Source: Amoebidium appalachense (taxonomy: Eukaryota; Protista; Ichthyosporea). Taken from it: DNA of 64,000 nt. Shown one piece after another: positions 1-13,991 of the stretch. Location of the stretch: positions 20,096,125 to 20,160,124 of the forward strand of contig CAVNZM010000001.1 in NCBI GenBank assembly GCA_963693365.1, given 5' to 3'. A model generated the notes under the pieces. That model had not been told where the DNA came from, searched no databases, and saw only the letters and a program-made list of their open reading frames with translations. A program made the position numbers and the translations under genes. Numbering within the stretch: the stretch's first letter is position 1; each line of letters starts with the position of its first letter.

Positions 1-471
1 CTCTCCCTCCCTCCCTCTCTCACTCAATATCTCTCTCCCTCTCCACCCTTTCCCTCCCCCTCCCTTCTCTCTTCCTCTTCTGTCTCTTCTGTCTCTCAAC
101 TTCTCTCTCTCTCTCTCTCTCTCTTGCTATTTCCCCCCCCCCCCCCCCCCCCCCTTGTCTCTCCCCCTCTCCCGTCCTGTTACCTTCTCTCTCTTCTTCT
201 CTTCACACACTCTATGTCTCTCTCTCTCAACCTCTCTCTCTCTCTCTCCCTAGCCTCTCTCCCCCGTCCCCCCTCCCCCCTCCCCCCACCACGCGTTCTC
301 GCTTCCCCCTCCCTCCCCCCCTTTCTCTTCTCCTCTTCTCTCTCTCTCTCTCTCTCTCTTCCTCTCCCCATCCCCCCCCCCCCCCCCCCCCCTTGTCTCT
401 CTTTTCTCTCTCCTTCTCTCTCTCTCTCTCACTCTCTCTAACCCCCTCCCCCCCCCCCCCCCCCTCTCTCA

Positions 472-562
<91 letters not shown>

Positions 563-610
563 GTCAATCTCTCTCTGTCTTTCCCTTCCCTCTTGCTTCC
601 TCCCCCCTCA
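1..610. repeat. (CT)n / poly(C) microsatellite block
   Basis: Almost pure pyrimidine tract on the + strand. Confidence 0.9.
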
Positions 611-1385
611 GCCCTCCCCTCAGCAACGCTGTGGGTTGGTCCTTGGTTTTCTTTCTTCTTGTGGCCAGTTGTATGGGGACTGGGTTCCTGTCACATGCTC
701 CCATCTTCTTTGTCTATACCCACCCCCCTCCCCTCCCCCTCTCCCCGTAAAGATTTCTAACCCCCCTCTTCCTTCCACCTGCCCACCCACGCAGAGCTGT
801 GAATCAATAGAAACAACAGCAATGAACATTTCATGCCCCTTGCATATCGCCTCCCTCACACCTTTCACTCGGCCCTCTAGCACCAACATGCTCACCACCC
901 ACCACTCATCCATCCCCTCACTCACCCACTGCTCCCATTATCAACTCGCTCTCAGCTGTGTGTATGAGTAGGAGTGTGTGTTTGTGTGTGCGGGGGGGGG
1001 GGGGGGGGGGGGGGGGGGGTACGTGCACACACGTGCGCAGTCGTTTGTGTTTGCCTGATTGCCTCTCGACTCTGGTGCACCATTTTCTTTTTATTATGGT
1101 GCATTATTCCCATGACCTGTCTATCTCCCCCATACCCTCCTCCCCTTCCTCCTTTCTCGGTTTCACCCACCACGGTGTATTGTTGTTGACTTACTTTCTT
1201 CATGCTTTTGTGTATTACCGTCCCCCTGGGCGGGTCTTCATGACTTATTCAACCTCTCGGGGGGGAGGGAGGGGGGGGGGGCAATGCTAAGCCACTCAGT
1301 TACAGTATTGCTCACGTGCACCGACGATGTCTTTTTCAATGTAATTCTTTTCTGTCCCAACTGTGCGCCATTTCTACGCATTCTT

Positions 1386-1418
<33 letters not shown>

Positions 1419-1575
1419 GCTTTTCACCAGGTTCGGGTGCAGGTGGTTGGTGGTCTCGGTGTCACATTCATCGCACACACCACCCAGCACACATCAATAC
1501 AGCCGATCTAATTGCCCTACCCAGCAAGATCACAACTGGAAATTTCATGTTTTTTCGTCCACCACACACGCAACC

Positions 1576-2599
1576 ATGGGGTCGGAGCTGGATGTGTCTG
1601 AGGAGTACATGACGGTCAGCGGCAGGAAGATCAGGGTCATCCGCCAATCAGTGGAGTCTGCGGCCCTGCCAACCCTATTTTTGGTCCACAGTGCTGGTGC
1701 CAGAGCAGATGTGTGGAAGGAACTGATTCGCTATTACTATAAAAGGCTAGCCGTCGTGGCCCCTGATTTGCTGGGCCATGGCAAGAGCGAGTTTTCTGAC
1801 AGGTGCGTGGTGTGCCGTGTCGTGGTATTGCCTTGTGTACGCTCATTGTGCTCACGTACAAGTGCATTGGAAGGGTCGGGGAGGGGGGCGGGTGTTTGGA
1901 GAGACGGGGGGGGGAGGGGGGGGGAAGGGGGGAAGGGGGAGGGTAAGAGAGAGGGAAACAATATTGCCCCAGGCCGTGTATACCTCTGAACATATGTACT
2001 GCAACACTTAGCTGTCAGGAGCTCCTAAGTTTAGAACTGGAAGAGGTGAACGTGAATCGTGCCTGTCACACTACGTCTCACTCCCTATCCCCCCCCCCCC
2101 CCTCTCCCTCCCACTTTGCATGCATAAGTTTTGTTGGTTATACTCTGTGGTGTTCCACATTCTTAACCCCCCCCCCCCCCCCCCAAACACACACACACAC
2201 ACAGGCCGACCGACTACACGCACGAGTGTCTTGTAGCCCAGCTGGAGGCCGTGTTTCTGCGCTACAGCACACGGCTCAACCTGGTCGTGGCCCACGGCTA
2301 CGGCTGTGCCCTGGTGGCGGCCCTCTATCCCCGTATTAGGGACCATGTGACTGCCTGTGTGTTCCTGGCCCCCCTGGCCGAGGTGGGTACCCTATATGCA
2401 CGTACACACAGATCCACGGTTACTGGGGCACGTACACATCAAGCCCGTGCACACGGCCAAGGTCACGCTTGGGGACACACACACCAAGCACATGCATATA
2501 CGCAGGAACGGGGCCTCATGAAAGCATGGGTTAGACTTGCGCATTTCATTAGGCACTTGAAATGGCTTTTCATAAAGCTGTGCTCGGACCTTTTTTTTT

Positions 2600-2630
<31 letters not shown>

Positions 2631-4992
2631 GAGGGGGGGGTTCAACAACAACCGATTGACCCCATTGGTGTTCACATATCCGCCTAGGCCCTGCTTGTTG
2701 CCTTCTCTTCTTGGCTTTTACTCGCTGCATCATACCTTGTCCTTACCTCCTCGTCCTCCCCCCTCCCCCCGTGGTGTCATCCAGCACCATGGACTTTGCT
2801 GCCTTTTTGCACACTGGCAAGGCCTCTACCCTCTGGAGGCATGTGCATGCTTGCCGACCCGCACATGACTGCATATCTACATGCATACAGGCCCCATAGC
2901 CTGTATGGATTCTCATACACGAACCCACCACATGTGCCCATGCACATACTTCATCCCGGCACCCTAAACCACCGTACACATCCTCCCGATCACAACTCAC
3001 ACACATTCTTTGCAGATTCCCCCGGGCCCCTCTCCTTTGACCCCCCCTGCCAGCCCTACTGAAGAGAATCCATCCAAAACTGCAGACAAAAATGCAGTCA
3101 AACATCTACCCCAGGTACGGACCTTGTGGCCTGTCATAGAATGCAGATGGTTGTGTGCACGTGCAATTTGATGTGTGTGTGTTGGTGTGTGGGTGTACTT
3201 GCGTGTGGGTGTTTGTGCATGGTGTGGATGTTAAGTGGGTGGGTGGGTCTTGCTGTTGTATGTCTTAGTTCAAGGCTGTGAGCACCATGACTTATGATCA
3301 CATGGACTTTTTATGTGGCTTTACTTTTCACACATGGCATTGATGGGGCCCCGACACGGAGCAATGTATGCGAGTTCTTGGGCATTATGCAAGCATGTCC
3401 CTGTATGTACCGCGTGTCTTTTTTTTTGCGGGTTTGGACACCTGTGCTCTTTCCGCCCAGCCATGCTCCCTGTTGCCGAGTCTGGCCTTTGCTTTAGTCC
3501 TATTCCGAGGAGATTTATGTTCTTACAGGTAATTCATGTTTATCCGTTAAGATGGGACAGAGTTTTAGAGAGTGAAAAAGAAGAAGAAGAAACGGGGCCA
3601 CGTGTGCAAAAGACAAAACACGCACAGACACACACGCACACGCACGCACACAAACACACACATATACACACACACAATAACAAGGAACGGAAGAAGAAAA
3701 ACAAGAGAAAAAGAGAAAAAGAAAAAAAGAAAGAAGAAGGCGAAAACACAGATCTGCGTGTGCGAACACAGAAAGTCACATGGTGCCAGCACAATTTCGA
3801 GCTGTCCTTTTCCATCACCTCCGATCTCTTTATCCCCCCTCCCCCCCCCTCCAAACCACCACCACCATCTCGGGTACCATGGATGCTTGGCCCCCCTCCG
3901 GAGATGGGTCTGCTTATGATGCATAATCTTTGTGTGTGCTACACACAATCTGCATTATGTTACTTTCGACACATTCTGTAACCCTCATCCCTCCCCCCTC
4001 CCCCCCCCCCCCCCCTCTTATTCGCCCCCGACACACACACGTGCACCTAAACACACACACACAGACACACTCACACACACACACACTCACACACACACAC
4101 ACACTCACACACACTCACACACACTCCCCCCTCCCCCCTCCCTCTCTGCATCCCTCCTACACACAAACAGGTATTTGAGTGGATGCGTGAGGGCTTGCAC
4201 CCAACACCCATCGGAGACTTTGCCTCCGTGCATGTACCCGTCTGTGTAGTTGTCGGGTTGGCAGACAAGGTCGCACCCCCACTACTTGCACGTGAAATTA
4301 TGGACGCATACAATCAGATCTCACCGCAAACAGGAACAAAGCAATCGGATGACGCAGGCACAAACACCAAAACCACATCCACGACATTTTACGCAAGCGA
4401 CCAGAAAAACATCCACTCAGGGTCGTTGGATAAACCCCCCTCGTCCTCATCCCAGCAACTGTTGGTGGCCCAATCAATGGAGGATTTCCTATCGGCTGAC
4501 CGAAGATTGCGAAAAGTCAGCGAGGAACCGGACCATGCAGATCTCCCGATCGATAGAACGGTTATCGATTACGAGATCGAACGCGAGCCCACAACCACCA
4601 CACACGCGCAAACACCCCCATATCAGATTCCCGCAAATTTGCAACAAACCGATGCACCAGGCCCCAGCAGCGACCCCGATACAAATTTTGAATCAGGATC
4701 GCTTGAAATTTGCACTGTGTCAGCAGAAAAGGGGATTGCTGTAGAGATGCACGAGCTAGCAGGGGCAGGGCACGACCTGCTCGGGACCAAAAAGGACGTG
4801 ATCAATGCACTGGTCAATCGGTTCTTCATCGAGGGTGTGGGTCTGGTGGTCCTCGACAGGATGCACAGGCTTAATAGAGGCGACAGCATCCATGATAAGT
4901 GGTATGTAGCATTTCTGTTTTTTCCCCTTTCCCAAACACACACACATACACACGCACGTGCACACACACACACGCCCGCACACACACACACA

Positions 4993-5024
<32 letters not shown>

Positions 5025-5676
5025 GCCCATTCACCACATGCAAAGCCCCACCACACCCCAGCGTGGTGCAGGGCATTCTAGGGCAAAAAACATGTTCACA
5101 CACAAACACACCTGTGTGCCGCAGACGCACCAAATCACACACACATGAACATGCGCTCACACACAAGCGCATATGCCACACCCACAAATCCCTTGACCCC
5201 TGGCTCTATACATATGAGCACATGTTTAGCAGTTAAACTTCCACAGGACCCCTTCTGCTCGTTAAGAACTCTTCGGACACTTTTTTTCCTCACACCTCCA
5301 CCGTGACCACTACTCTTCAATTACTCCATCCTTCTTGGGCCCAATGGTCTGCAGCAGGTGACACACCACCACACATATACGCTCACCCACACTCACTCAC
5401 TTACTCGCATGCACACACACGTACACACACACACACACAGGTGCCTCAAGAACTACGAAAAGTGGATCACGACGGCCAACTGCGGTTCCCTTCTACCTGT
5501 CAGCGCCCAGCACGGGCTGATACCGATGAAGGTGCTCAGACAGGACGATGAGACTCACAGCCCTGCAGCATTCATGGGGGCACACCCTAATGTAGGCGTT
5601 ATACTAGACCTGACTAGCCAGGCACCCCCTTACGATGTCAAGGACCCGGTAGGTGCCACCCTCATATCAAACACAG

Positions 5677-5743
<67 letters not shown>

Positions 5744-6088
5744 CACACACACAGGCACATACCCACACATGTGCTTGTACCAAACCATATGGTTGAGGGG
5801 AGAGGAAGAGGATGAAGGGGTGCGCTCCAAGGGGGGGGGGGGGGGACGGAGACTGAGGCAGGGGCGTGTGTGCGGTATAAAAGGGAAAGAGGAAGGTGCT
5901 TTCAGATCACTATATTTTACTGCATCTGTCAGCCGTGACGATTATGCCCGTCGGACAAAATACTCATGAGAGCTATGGAGGGAGACCTAGAGCTAGAAAG
6001 AAGGAGAGAGACCCAGGCAAAAGGGGGGGAGGGGAGGGAGGGGGGCAGGGATGAGCTGGAGAGTCTCTGTGACCCACACTCCTCGGCC

Positions 6089-6124
<36 letters not shown>

Positions 6125-6309
6125 GGGGAGAAAGAGGGAGCCAAAGAAAAAGAAGAGAGGGGGCCCGGGGAGCCGGGAGGAGGAGAGGTGGGGAGGATTA
6201 GGGGAAGGGGGGGGGGGGGGGGGAGGTGGCAGTTTTGCGTGCCATCCTGTGAGCAGACACACACACGCAGTGTGTCATACACACCGTGTACCCCCCCCCC
6301 CAAAAAAAA

Positions 6310-6340
<31 letters not shown>

Positions 6341-7784
6341 CATAAACACACCAACACACACACAAACAATAACAGAGAGAGAGCCTGAGAGAGGGAGAAG
6401 GGGAGAGAGAAAGAGAGAGGGGGGGGGGGGGGGGGGGGAGGGGGGAGACTAAAGCAAGAGGTAGAGAGACTCAGAGAGAGTCGGAGAGAGAAATAGAGAG
6501 GGGGGGGGGGAGAGAGAAAGATTCTGGGAGGGAGAGGGGGGGGGGGGGGGGGAGGGGGTGAGGAGGCAAGAGAGAGAGAGATGATGGGGAGGGGGGCGGA
6601 AGGTAGTGTGTGTGTGTGTGTTTGTGCCACGTGTGCGTATGTGTGTGTGTGTGGAGGTAACAGTGTAGGTTTGGCCGGAAGAGAGAGACAGAGTGAGACA
6701 GAAGAGGGAAACGGAGGTTATGGGTGGTGTGTGTATATGTGTGTAGGATGGGGAGACAGAGAAAGAGAGAGACTCTACTATGATGCACTCACGTGTGTGT
6801 GTGTGCATAGTAGGGAAAGAGTGGGAGACTTGTTTCAGTGCAAGGGTTTTATATGAGCCCTGAGATGTGCTTCGTTCCATGTGTACTACTATTGTAGCAG
6901 TGTGTGTAGGTGTGCATGCGTGTGTGTGGTGTCCAAATTTGCTGTGGGGGGTGTTGTTCGTTCGAGGTGTGCAAATGTGTGTGTTGTGTCGGTGAGCATG
7001 CTCAGTTATGGGTGGGTGCCAGTGTGCAGTCGTGTTTGTGGCGTGTGCACCGTCGGTGTATGTAGATGCATAGGTTTTAGTGACAAGCCCCTATACTCTC
7101 TAAGAAAGCCTCTTTCCCAGTGTGTGTGTGGTGTGCCTGTAGGGGTGGCACTGTTATGTGTATGTCGGTCACAACGTATAAAAGGATAGCCCATAGAGCA
7201 GCCCCTTTACTTCTAGATCTGACGCTGCACATGCAAAACCACCGGTCATCTTTGCACCAATCTCTATCACCAAAAAATGCTATAATGAAATCGAAAATAT
7301 GCGTGCCAAATAATCCTCTTTACTTCCGCTTTTTTCCTCTCTACTTTGTAGGCTTCATACTGTTTGTTTTCATTTTTTTCTCTTTCTTTTTTGTCGTCTT
7401 TTTGCCCTACGCTATATGTTTTTTGGAAATGCTTGTTCCGGCGAAAGTTCGATGGCTCGCTGTGACGTCATAATCCGCTGACGTGAATGCAAACACGCAC
7501 ACACCTGTGGAACACGCACACACGCACACACACACACACACACGTACACAGAGCATCCCCGAGTACATCAAGCTCAGCACGATCAGCAAGAAGATACCTG
7601 ACCGGGACTATGTGGCCGAGTTCAACCACACGGTGCAGACCTACTGGGCCCGGCAGCCTGAGCGGGACATAGCCGTGCACTGCCACTATGGGTTTAACCG
7701 TACTGGGTTCATGGTGGCCTCATATCTGGTCGAGTGCCATGGATACACAGTGGAGCAGGCCATCAGTGCTGTACGTGATACATG

Positions 7785-7815
<31 letters not shown>

Positions 7816-8221
7816 CACTCACACATGCGTGCGCGTACACACGCACACGCACATGCACCCACGCACACGCACACTCACTCACCCATTCACTCACTTGTAA
7901 AAACTCTATCTCACTCGCACTCACTCACACGCGCGAGCACACACACACGCACGCACACACACACGTGCATGGCCTGTTAATCATGCGCCAGAGGTCGCAC
8001 ACGCATTTTAAATTATATCTCAAATACCTTCAGGCGCAGGCGTGAGAGTTGAGGCTTGGTTGTATGGTGGTTGTACACATGGTGCTGGCAGGAATGGAGG
8101 GAGAAAAGGGGGCACCCTTTGCAGGGCAACACGGAAATAGGTGGACCAAGAAACCTTTTTTTTTTTTTTTTTTTTTTTTGGGCGTGATGCTGGTGGGTGC
8201 GCGTGGGTGGGTGGGGGGCAG

Positions 8222-8270
<49 letters not shown>

Positions 8271-8356
8271 GGGGGGAGGGGGGGGGTATATGGTCGATGT
8301 TGGTGCTGTGTGGTTAGCCGGGCATGGGAGAGCATTCAAGTCTAGCCAACCAACCA

Positions 8357-8387
<31 letters not shown>

Positions 8388-8505
8388 CCCACCCCCACAC
8401 ACACACACACACACACAGTTTGCCAAGTCCCGGCCCAAGGGGATACGGCACCAGCACTTCATCGACGAGCTCTATCTGCGCTATGAGAGCGACAGGCCCC
8501 GCTAG
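1576..8505 (+). CDS. Alpha/beta-hydrolase (ABHD8-like, nucleophile-less) fused to a cysteine-dependent RNA 5'-phosphatase domain (DUSP11/RNGTT triphosphatase-like), ~582 aa, 7 exons
   Basis: Exons 1576-1802, 2205-2382, 3016-3114, 4171-4901, 5441-5648, 7552-7770, 8419-8505; all GT-AG and phase-compatible (1749 nt). Hydrolase motifs LFLVHSAG, VVAPDLLGHGKS, VVAHGYG, VPVCVVVGLADKV, AGHDL; phosphatase motifs ILDLT, IAVHCHYGFNRTGFMVASYLVE, FAKSRPKGIRHQHFIDELYLRY. Confidence 0.88.
3891..3984 (+). mobile_element. Diverged copy of the poly(C)-embedded repeat in intron 3 of the hydrolase-phosphatase gene
   Basis: GATGGGTCTGCTTATGATGCATAATCTTTG..TCTGCATT..GACACATTC, with C-rich flanks. Confidence 0.55.
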
Positions 8506-9010
8506 AAGAAAGTGAATGGGTGGGCGGGTGGGTTGGGGGAGGGGGCTATTCCCTAACTTTGGATTTGTGTGTTTTCTGTTTTGTATATGAATTTGGATTT
8601 ATGGTTGAGAGGGTCCGCTGGTTGTAACGTGCGTGTGTTGATTGGGAGGGGAGGTTTGCTGTGGTAATCCCATCTGTCTTAACCTACGTCGCGTTTCTCA
8701 ATGCGAGAAGAATGAGCCTGTGCACAAGATAGTTATGATGTTGGTGCCCCGAAGCTCGTGATCGGTAACATTGTGAACATTTTCACCTGTGGATCCCCTC
8801 AGGCAAACGTTGCTCGTGGATGTTGTTATCTCTGTTGTCTTGATTATAAAGCAATTTTTCTTTTTGTAGATAGGTTTGCTGTGAGGTGGATGGGTAGAGA
8901 AAAGTGCCCATAACTAGTGTGTTAGTACGGAAGTTTTGATGTCGGCCCCAACGAGCTTGGTTCGTTTTGTTTTCTCTCTCTCTCTGTTTTGAAACTTTTT
9001 TTTTTTTTTT

Positions 9011-9247
9011 GCCTCTTTGGTCATGAAGTTGTGTATGTTGCAAGGCAGGCCTTGGTATGTTGTCTTTTTTTTTTTGTTTTTTTTTTGTTTTTTTTGCTCT
9101 TTGGTCATGAAGTTGTGTATGTTGCAAGGCAGGCCTTGGTATGTTGTCTTTTTTTTTTGTTGCTTTTTTTTGTTTTTTTTGCTCTTTGGTCATGAAGTTG
9201 TGTATGTTGCAAGGCAGGCCTTGGTATGTTGTCTTTTCTTTTTTTTT
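9011..9247. repeat. Three tandem copies of a ~52-nt core separated by T-rich tracts
   Basis: CTCTTTGGTCATGAAGTTGTGTATGTTGCAAGGCAGGCCTTGGTATGTTGTC x3, followed by poly(G). Confidence 0.9.
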
Positions 9248-10699
9248 GGGGGGGGGGGGGGGGGGGGGGAGGGGATATCTTTTTCAGGCTGTATTGAGTA
9301 CAGTGAAGGGTTTCTACTTCACGGTGCGACAGAGCATATTTCTTGTTAAATATTCACTTGTGTTTCGGGTGTAACTCTTGATGGGTGGTTTTTGGTCGGT
9401 TTTGCTTTTTTTTTCCTTTTTTTTTCTTTTCTTTTTTGTGGCGATTGGCTGTTACAGTATGACAACACACATGATTGCAATGCCCATTAACACACTAAGA
9501 GCACACTCCATATTCGTGTAGAAGGGTTTAGGGCTCGAAATGCACTCTAGCAAACACGGGGAAGTCATGCCCCTCCAGTCTGCTGTAGATGTTTAACATA
9601 TATGATGACGTGCAGTGCAGTGTAATTACCAAATGTGTTAGATTTACCAAATACAAATTCACCGTCTTGAACCGTGACATGCATGTTTTACATGTTGCCA
9701 ATAAAATCCTAAGATAGAAACTGAAGGCAGGTGAGGAATCGAGGGCAGAAAATTACAAAATGGCATACATACTTGCGTAGATTGTAACAGTGGATAGTGA
9801 TCCAGCGTGCCCCTCAGCTCCCCCCCCCCCCCCCCCCCCCTTCCTCCCCGCCCACACACACACACAGGCACACTGTGTGCATGCATGCACACACACACAG
9901 CTGTTACACTCCTTTCCCCCCCCTCCGGGGCGCCTCCAAAGGGCCCCACACATATTAATATAGTATATGGGCGCTGAACAACACATATTATGCAACGTCA
10001 GTGCACGTAAACATGTGGACACCCGTACACGCACGTCGATATACCCCTCCTCCCAACCCTCCCTTCCTCCCTCCCTTCCGCTCCCCCGGATCCGCAGCCG
10101 AAGTGGCAACTCCCATGCACAAGACTAATATTGATATTGGTGAGCTCGACTGTCGAGGTTTTCGTTATGTAGACTATTTGATGCCTTGATGACGTCACAA
10201 TGGCAAAGCGCTTCCGGCTGGCCCGCAGCCGTGACACACACACACCGCAGGCACACGTGTGTGCAGTTTGCAATAACAAAAACACCATCACATGACAAGG
10301 ACTAAGACGCTTGCAGTACTAGTGTACCAGCTATCTAGGGACTGAGTGCGACATACAGTTTAGTGTTCAACTTGTATCCTGCCCAGCCACATCTTCAAAT
10401 TTGGAGAGCTCCCCTTATAGACTTACATGGACATCACACCCTGTGGCGGAGATCTATCTTAATCCTCACACTTACACACGGTTGACCTCAGTTAAGGGAG
10501 CTCACCCAGCAATAGCAGCTTTAAGTTTACAGTGTAAAAAGGGCTTTGTCACACGCTTCAGCACATATTATTGCCCTACTCAGTGTGCGTGTGTGTGCAT
10601 CGGTTATCTTTTCTTGCTAAACCGATTAGTGCACGCACCTCTACGCAAGTAACCATCAACCGAACACCAAACGCAATTTTTGCGTAATTCAACGTCAGG

Positions 10700-11344
10700 A
10701 TGATGGACCCTATGATGGGGCTGGGCGGGCAGCCCAAGCCCGAGCAGGCCAAACTCCCTTTTAAGCAGCGTATGGCCATACTGAGGGACGACTACGTGTC
10801 CAGCACTAAGGGAATGCTGCAGCACTGGCGCTCACGGCCCCTCGCCACTACTCTGTGGTTCGTGCCTGCCCCTTCCCCCGTTTCCCTCCCTCCCTCCTCT
10901 CTCTTCCTCTCTCGTTTTCTTTCCCACCTACCCCCCTCCCCTCCTGCCCCCCGTCCCACCCTCCCTCCCTCCCCCCCCCCACACACACACAAACACGCAC
11001 ACACACGAATTTTCATTCCCTTCCTCCCCTTCCTCCCCCCCCTCCCCCCCTCCCCCCCCCCCCCCCCCCCCCCAGCTCCCTGTTTTTGCCTCCCTCCTCT
11101 ACGAACTATCCACTGCCGTCTGATGCGCGAGTGCCTATTTGCGTGTGGCTCTGAATACATTTTCAACGCATGGCACATATATCCAGGCACGCCCTTTAAA
11201 GAGAAAACTGCACACTACGACATGGCCCGTGCATGCTACGCATATATATGGACCCCCTCCCCAGCCTCTCCCCCCCCCCCCCCCCCTCCTCTTCGCCCGG
11301 CTTTTCCTGCCCCCCCCCCCCCCCCTCCCTCTCCCCCCTTCCCC

Positions 11345-11378
<34 letters not shown>

Positions 11379-11774
11379 CTCTCTCTCTCCCCCCTCGCCC
11401 CCCAAACCTCCTCCCTTCTTCCCTCGCTTCCTTCTCCGTCCCCCCCCATGCTTTCCAAAACCACTGCTCCCAACACTCCTCCTCGTCTGCCCACAGCAGC
11501 ACCCCCACGGCCAAAACACACAACACACACACACACATACAGGGAGGGAGGGAGGGAGAGAGAGTGAGAGTGAGAGTGAGAAAGTGAGAGGGAAATAGGG
11601 AGAGACATTTTTTTGCTGCCTGGCACAAAAACATGCTTCCTCTTCTCACATTCGGTAGTTACCTCAGGCAAGTATAGCAGCTCACACCTCATTTCTTGTT
11701 CCCCATCCCACCCCCCCCAGCCTCCGTACTTCTTTCCACACACACCATGACTCCCATCGCAGTCTAAGCCTTTT

Positions 11775-11838
<64 letters not shown>

Positions 11839-12217
11839 CACATGCACACACATACACACACGTACACAGGGCTGTTGGGCTAGCCACGACTGCACTGATA
11901 GTGAGTGCGGTACCGAACCTGCGAGACTACGAAGACCAACTGGTCACGTGCATGGATGAGCTGTCGGAGATACCCGCAGGCATCCGGAGTCGACGCGCTA
12001 CAGACTACATCGTGGTACGTGCTTGGTGTTTGTGTGCAAGTGCGCACATGCTCGTGTGCGTGTGGGTGGGTGGGTGGGTGGGTAGGAGTGGGTGTTTGCA
12101 ATGTGGGGTCTGGGTCTGGCTGTGCCGGAGTGGTTGTGTCTTGTCCTGGTTTTTTTTTTTTTTTTTTTTGTGTGCGGGTGTGTGGGTGTGTGTGTGTGTG
12201 TGTGTGTGTGTGGTGGT

Positions 12218-12248
<31 letters not shown>

Positions 12249-12600
12249 GGGGGGGGGGAGGGGGGGAGGGGGGAGGGGGGTCGGTGTGTTAAAGGGCTGT
12301 GCGTATATGGAAGGTGTAGGGGAATTCTTCAGAAAGGGGATGTGGGTGGTTTTTTTTTTTTTTTTGGCGGGGGGGGAGGGAGATGAATCATCGGTGGTTC
12401 GTATCGGCAGGCGAAGAGCATGCTGGACGGGTCCGTTGTGCATTTTTTATCTTTGGATTGAGCACCCGCCCAGGGGGGAGGGGGGGGGGGGGATATGTGT
12501 TTCCAAGTGCAGGAACTGATAGTGGTGTACGGTAGCTTCAATCTTCCTATGCAAGAAAGCAGTTTAGTTTTCGATTCTGTTAACATTCTTTCTTTTTTGT

Positions 12601-12637
<37 letters not shown>

Positions 12638-13432
12638 GGAAGGAGGGGAGGAGGGCTACGTGTGTGTGTAGTGTCGACCTACATGGCTGCTATCTGCTTC
12701 CCTCTTTTTTTTTTATACCTCGATTGGCTTTATTGTTGGCCCTCCGCACCCGGGCAGGGATGAAATTTTGTTTTCTTCGTGCCTTTTGGGGGTTTTTTAA
12801 TTTTATTTTATTTTATTTTATTTCTATTTATTTTTTTTTTTTGGGGGGGGGGGGGGGGGGGAACCACCTGCAGGTGGTAGTGGTTGAATATTGATGCCTG
12901 CTGGGGGAGTGTGTGCGCGCGCGTGCGTGTACGGAAGGAGGGGAAAGGGGGGGGGGGGGGGGGGAGGGGGGGGAGTCTTTGTGTGTGTGTGTCTTTCTGT
13001 GTGTGTGGGCCGTGCGTCCGCGCGCACGCGCTGTGTGTGTGTGTCTGTGTGCCTGGTTGTGTGATCCAGAGTTGTATGTGACTCCCACTTGCGTATTAGG
13101 ACTAGAAACTGATAACACAGCCCACATAAATAACCCTCTGCTATTAGGCCTTTTTTAACGCATTAATTCGATTGGTGCGCAGGAGATGGAGAGTCTGCGT
13201 GCCCAGCGTCTTCTGAGAGTCAGACACTATGGCTTGTTTTCTCTTCTGCACGAAGTAGACTATGCCCCAGACAACGTCCTCTTTGCTGCACACGTCATTG
13301 GGTGAGCAAGATTTTCTTTCCCTCCCCCCCCCCCCCTCCCCTCCCCCCCCTTCCTTCCCCCCCTTCCCCATCCTCTGGGGCCTCACCAAGCGACACAAAC
13401 TCATTTGCAGTCGTCTGTTTTACAAAGGTTAG
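10700..13432 (+). CDS. TIMM29: Tim29-like mitochondrial TIM22 complex subunit, ~147 aa (last exon uncertain)
   Basis: Exons 10700-10857, 11870-12014, 13183-13301, 13411-13432, phase-compatible. LRDDY..RSRP, hydrophobic segment, VPNLRDYEDQL..IPAGIRSRRATDYI and LRAQRLLRVRHYGLFSLL..DY follow the Tim29 pattern (DY..A..RP / TM / P....FE..L / P...RN..S / LR..G.LR..NLG..SL). The conserved C-terminal WW segment is not in this model. Confidence 0.68.
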
Positions 13433-13667
13433 AAGAACAGGGTGAATTACAAAGAGAAGACGACGATGTAGCACACACCTGTGCAGATCTATGGTGGCAC
13501 TTAGACGGAAGCACAGGCACAGGCACATGCGCACACCTACACAAGCACACAAGCACGCTTGCGCACATTCCCGTAGTGGGAACGAGTCATCACAATGATT
13601 CCAGCCATGCAGATGCACACCTTCGAGCACCTGGCTTATTAACAACTCCATACACCTACTGTGCCCC

Positions 13668-13713
<46 letters not shown>

Positions 13714-13932
13714 CCCCCCCCCCCCCCCCCCCCCCCCACCTTCCGCCGGGTTTGTCGATTTGAGTAGATTAATATAGTTGACGGGAAGGGGGGAGGGGAG
13801 GGGAAGGTGGGCATGCATGATGCAAGTTATTGTTTTGTGTGTATGGTTGTAGGGGGCTTTTCTTTTTTTTTTTTTGTTTTGTTTTGTTTTGTTGTTTTTT
13901 GTTGTTTTTTTTGTGGTGGTGGTGGTGTTATT

Positions 13933-13991
<59 letters not shown>

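Noticed and set aside
9011-9247. CRISPR-like repeat-spacer array
   Set aside because: Spacers are low-complexity T tracts, there are only three units, no cas genes, and the context is eukaryotic.
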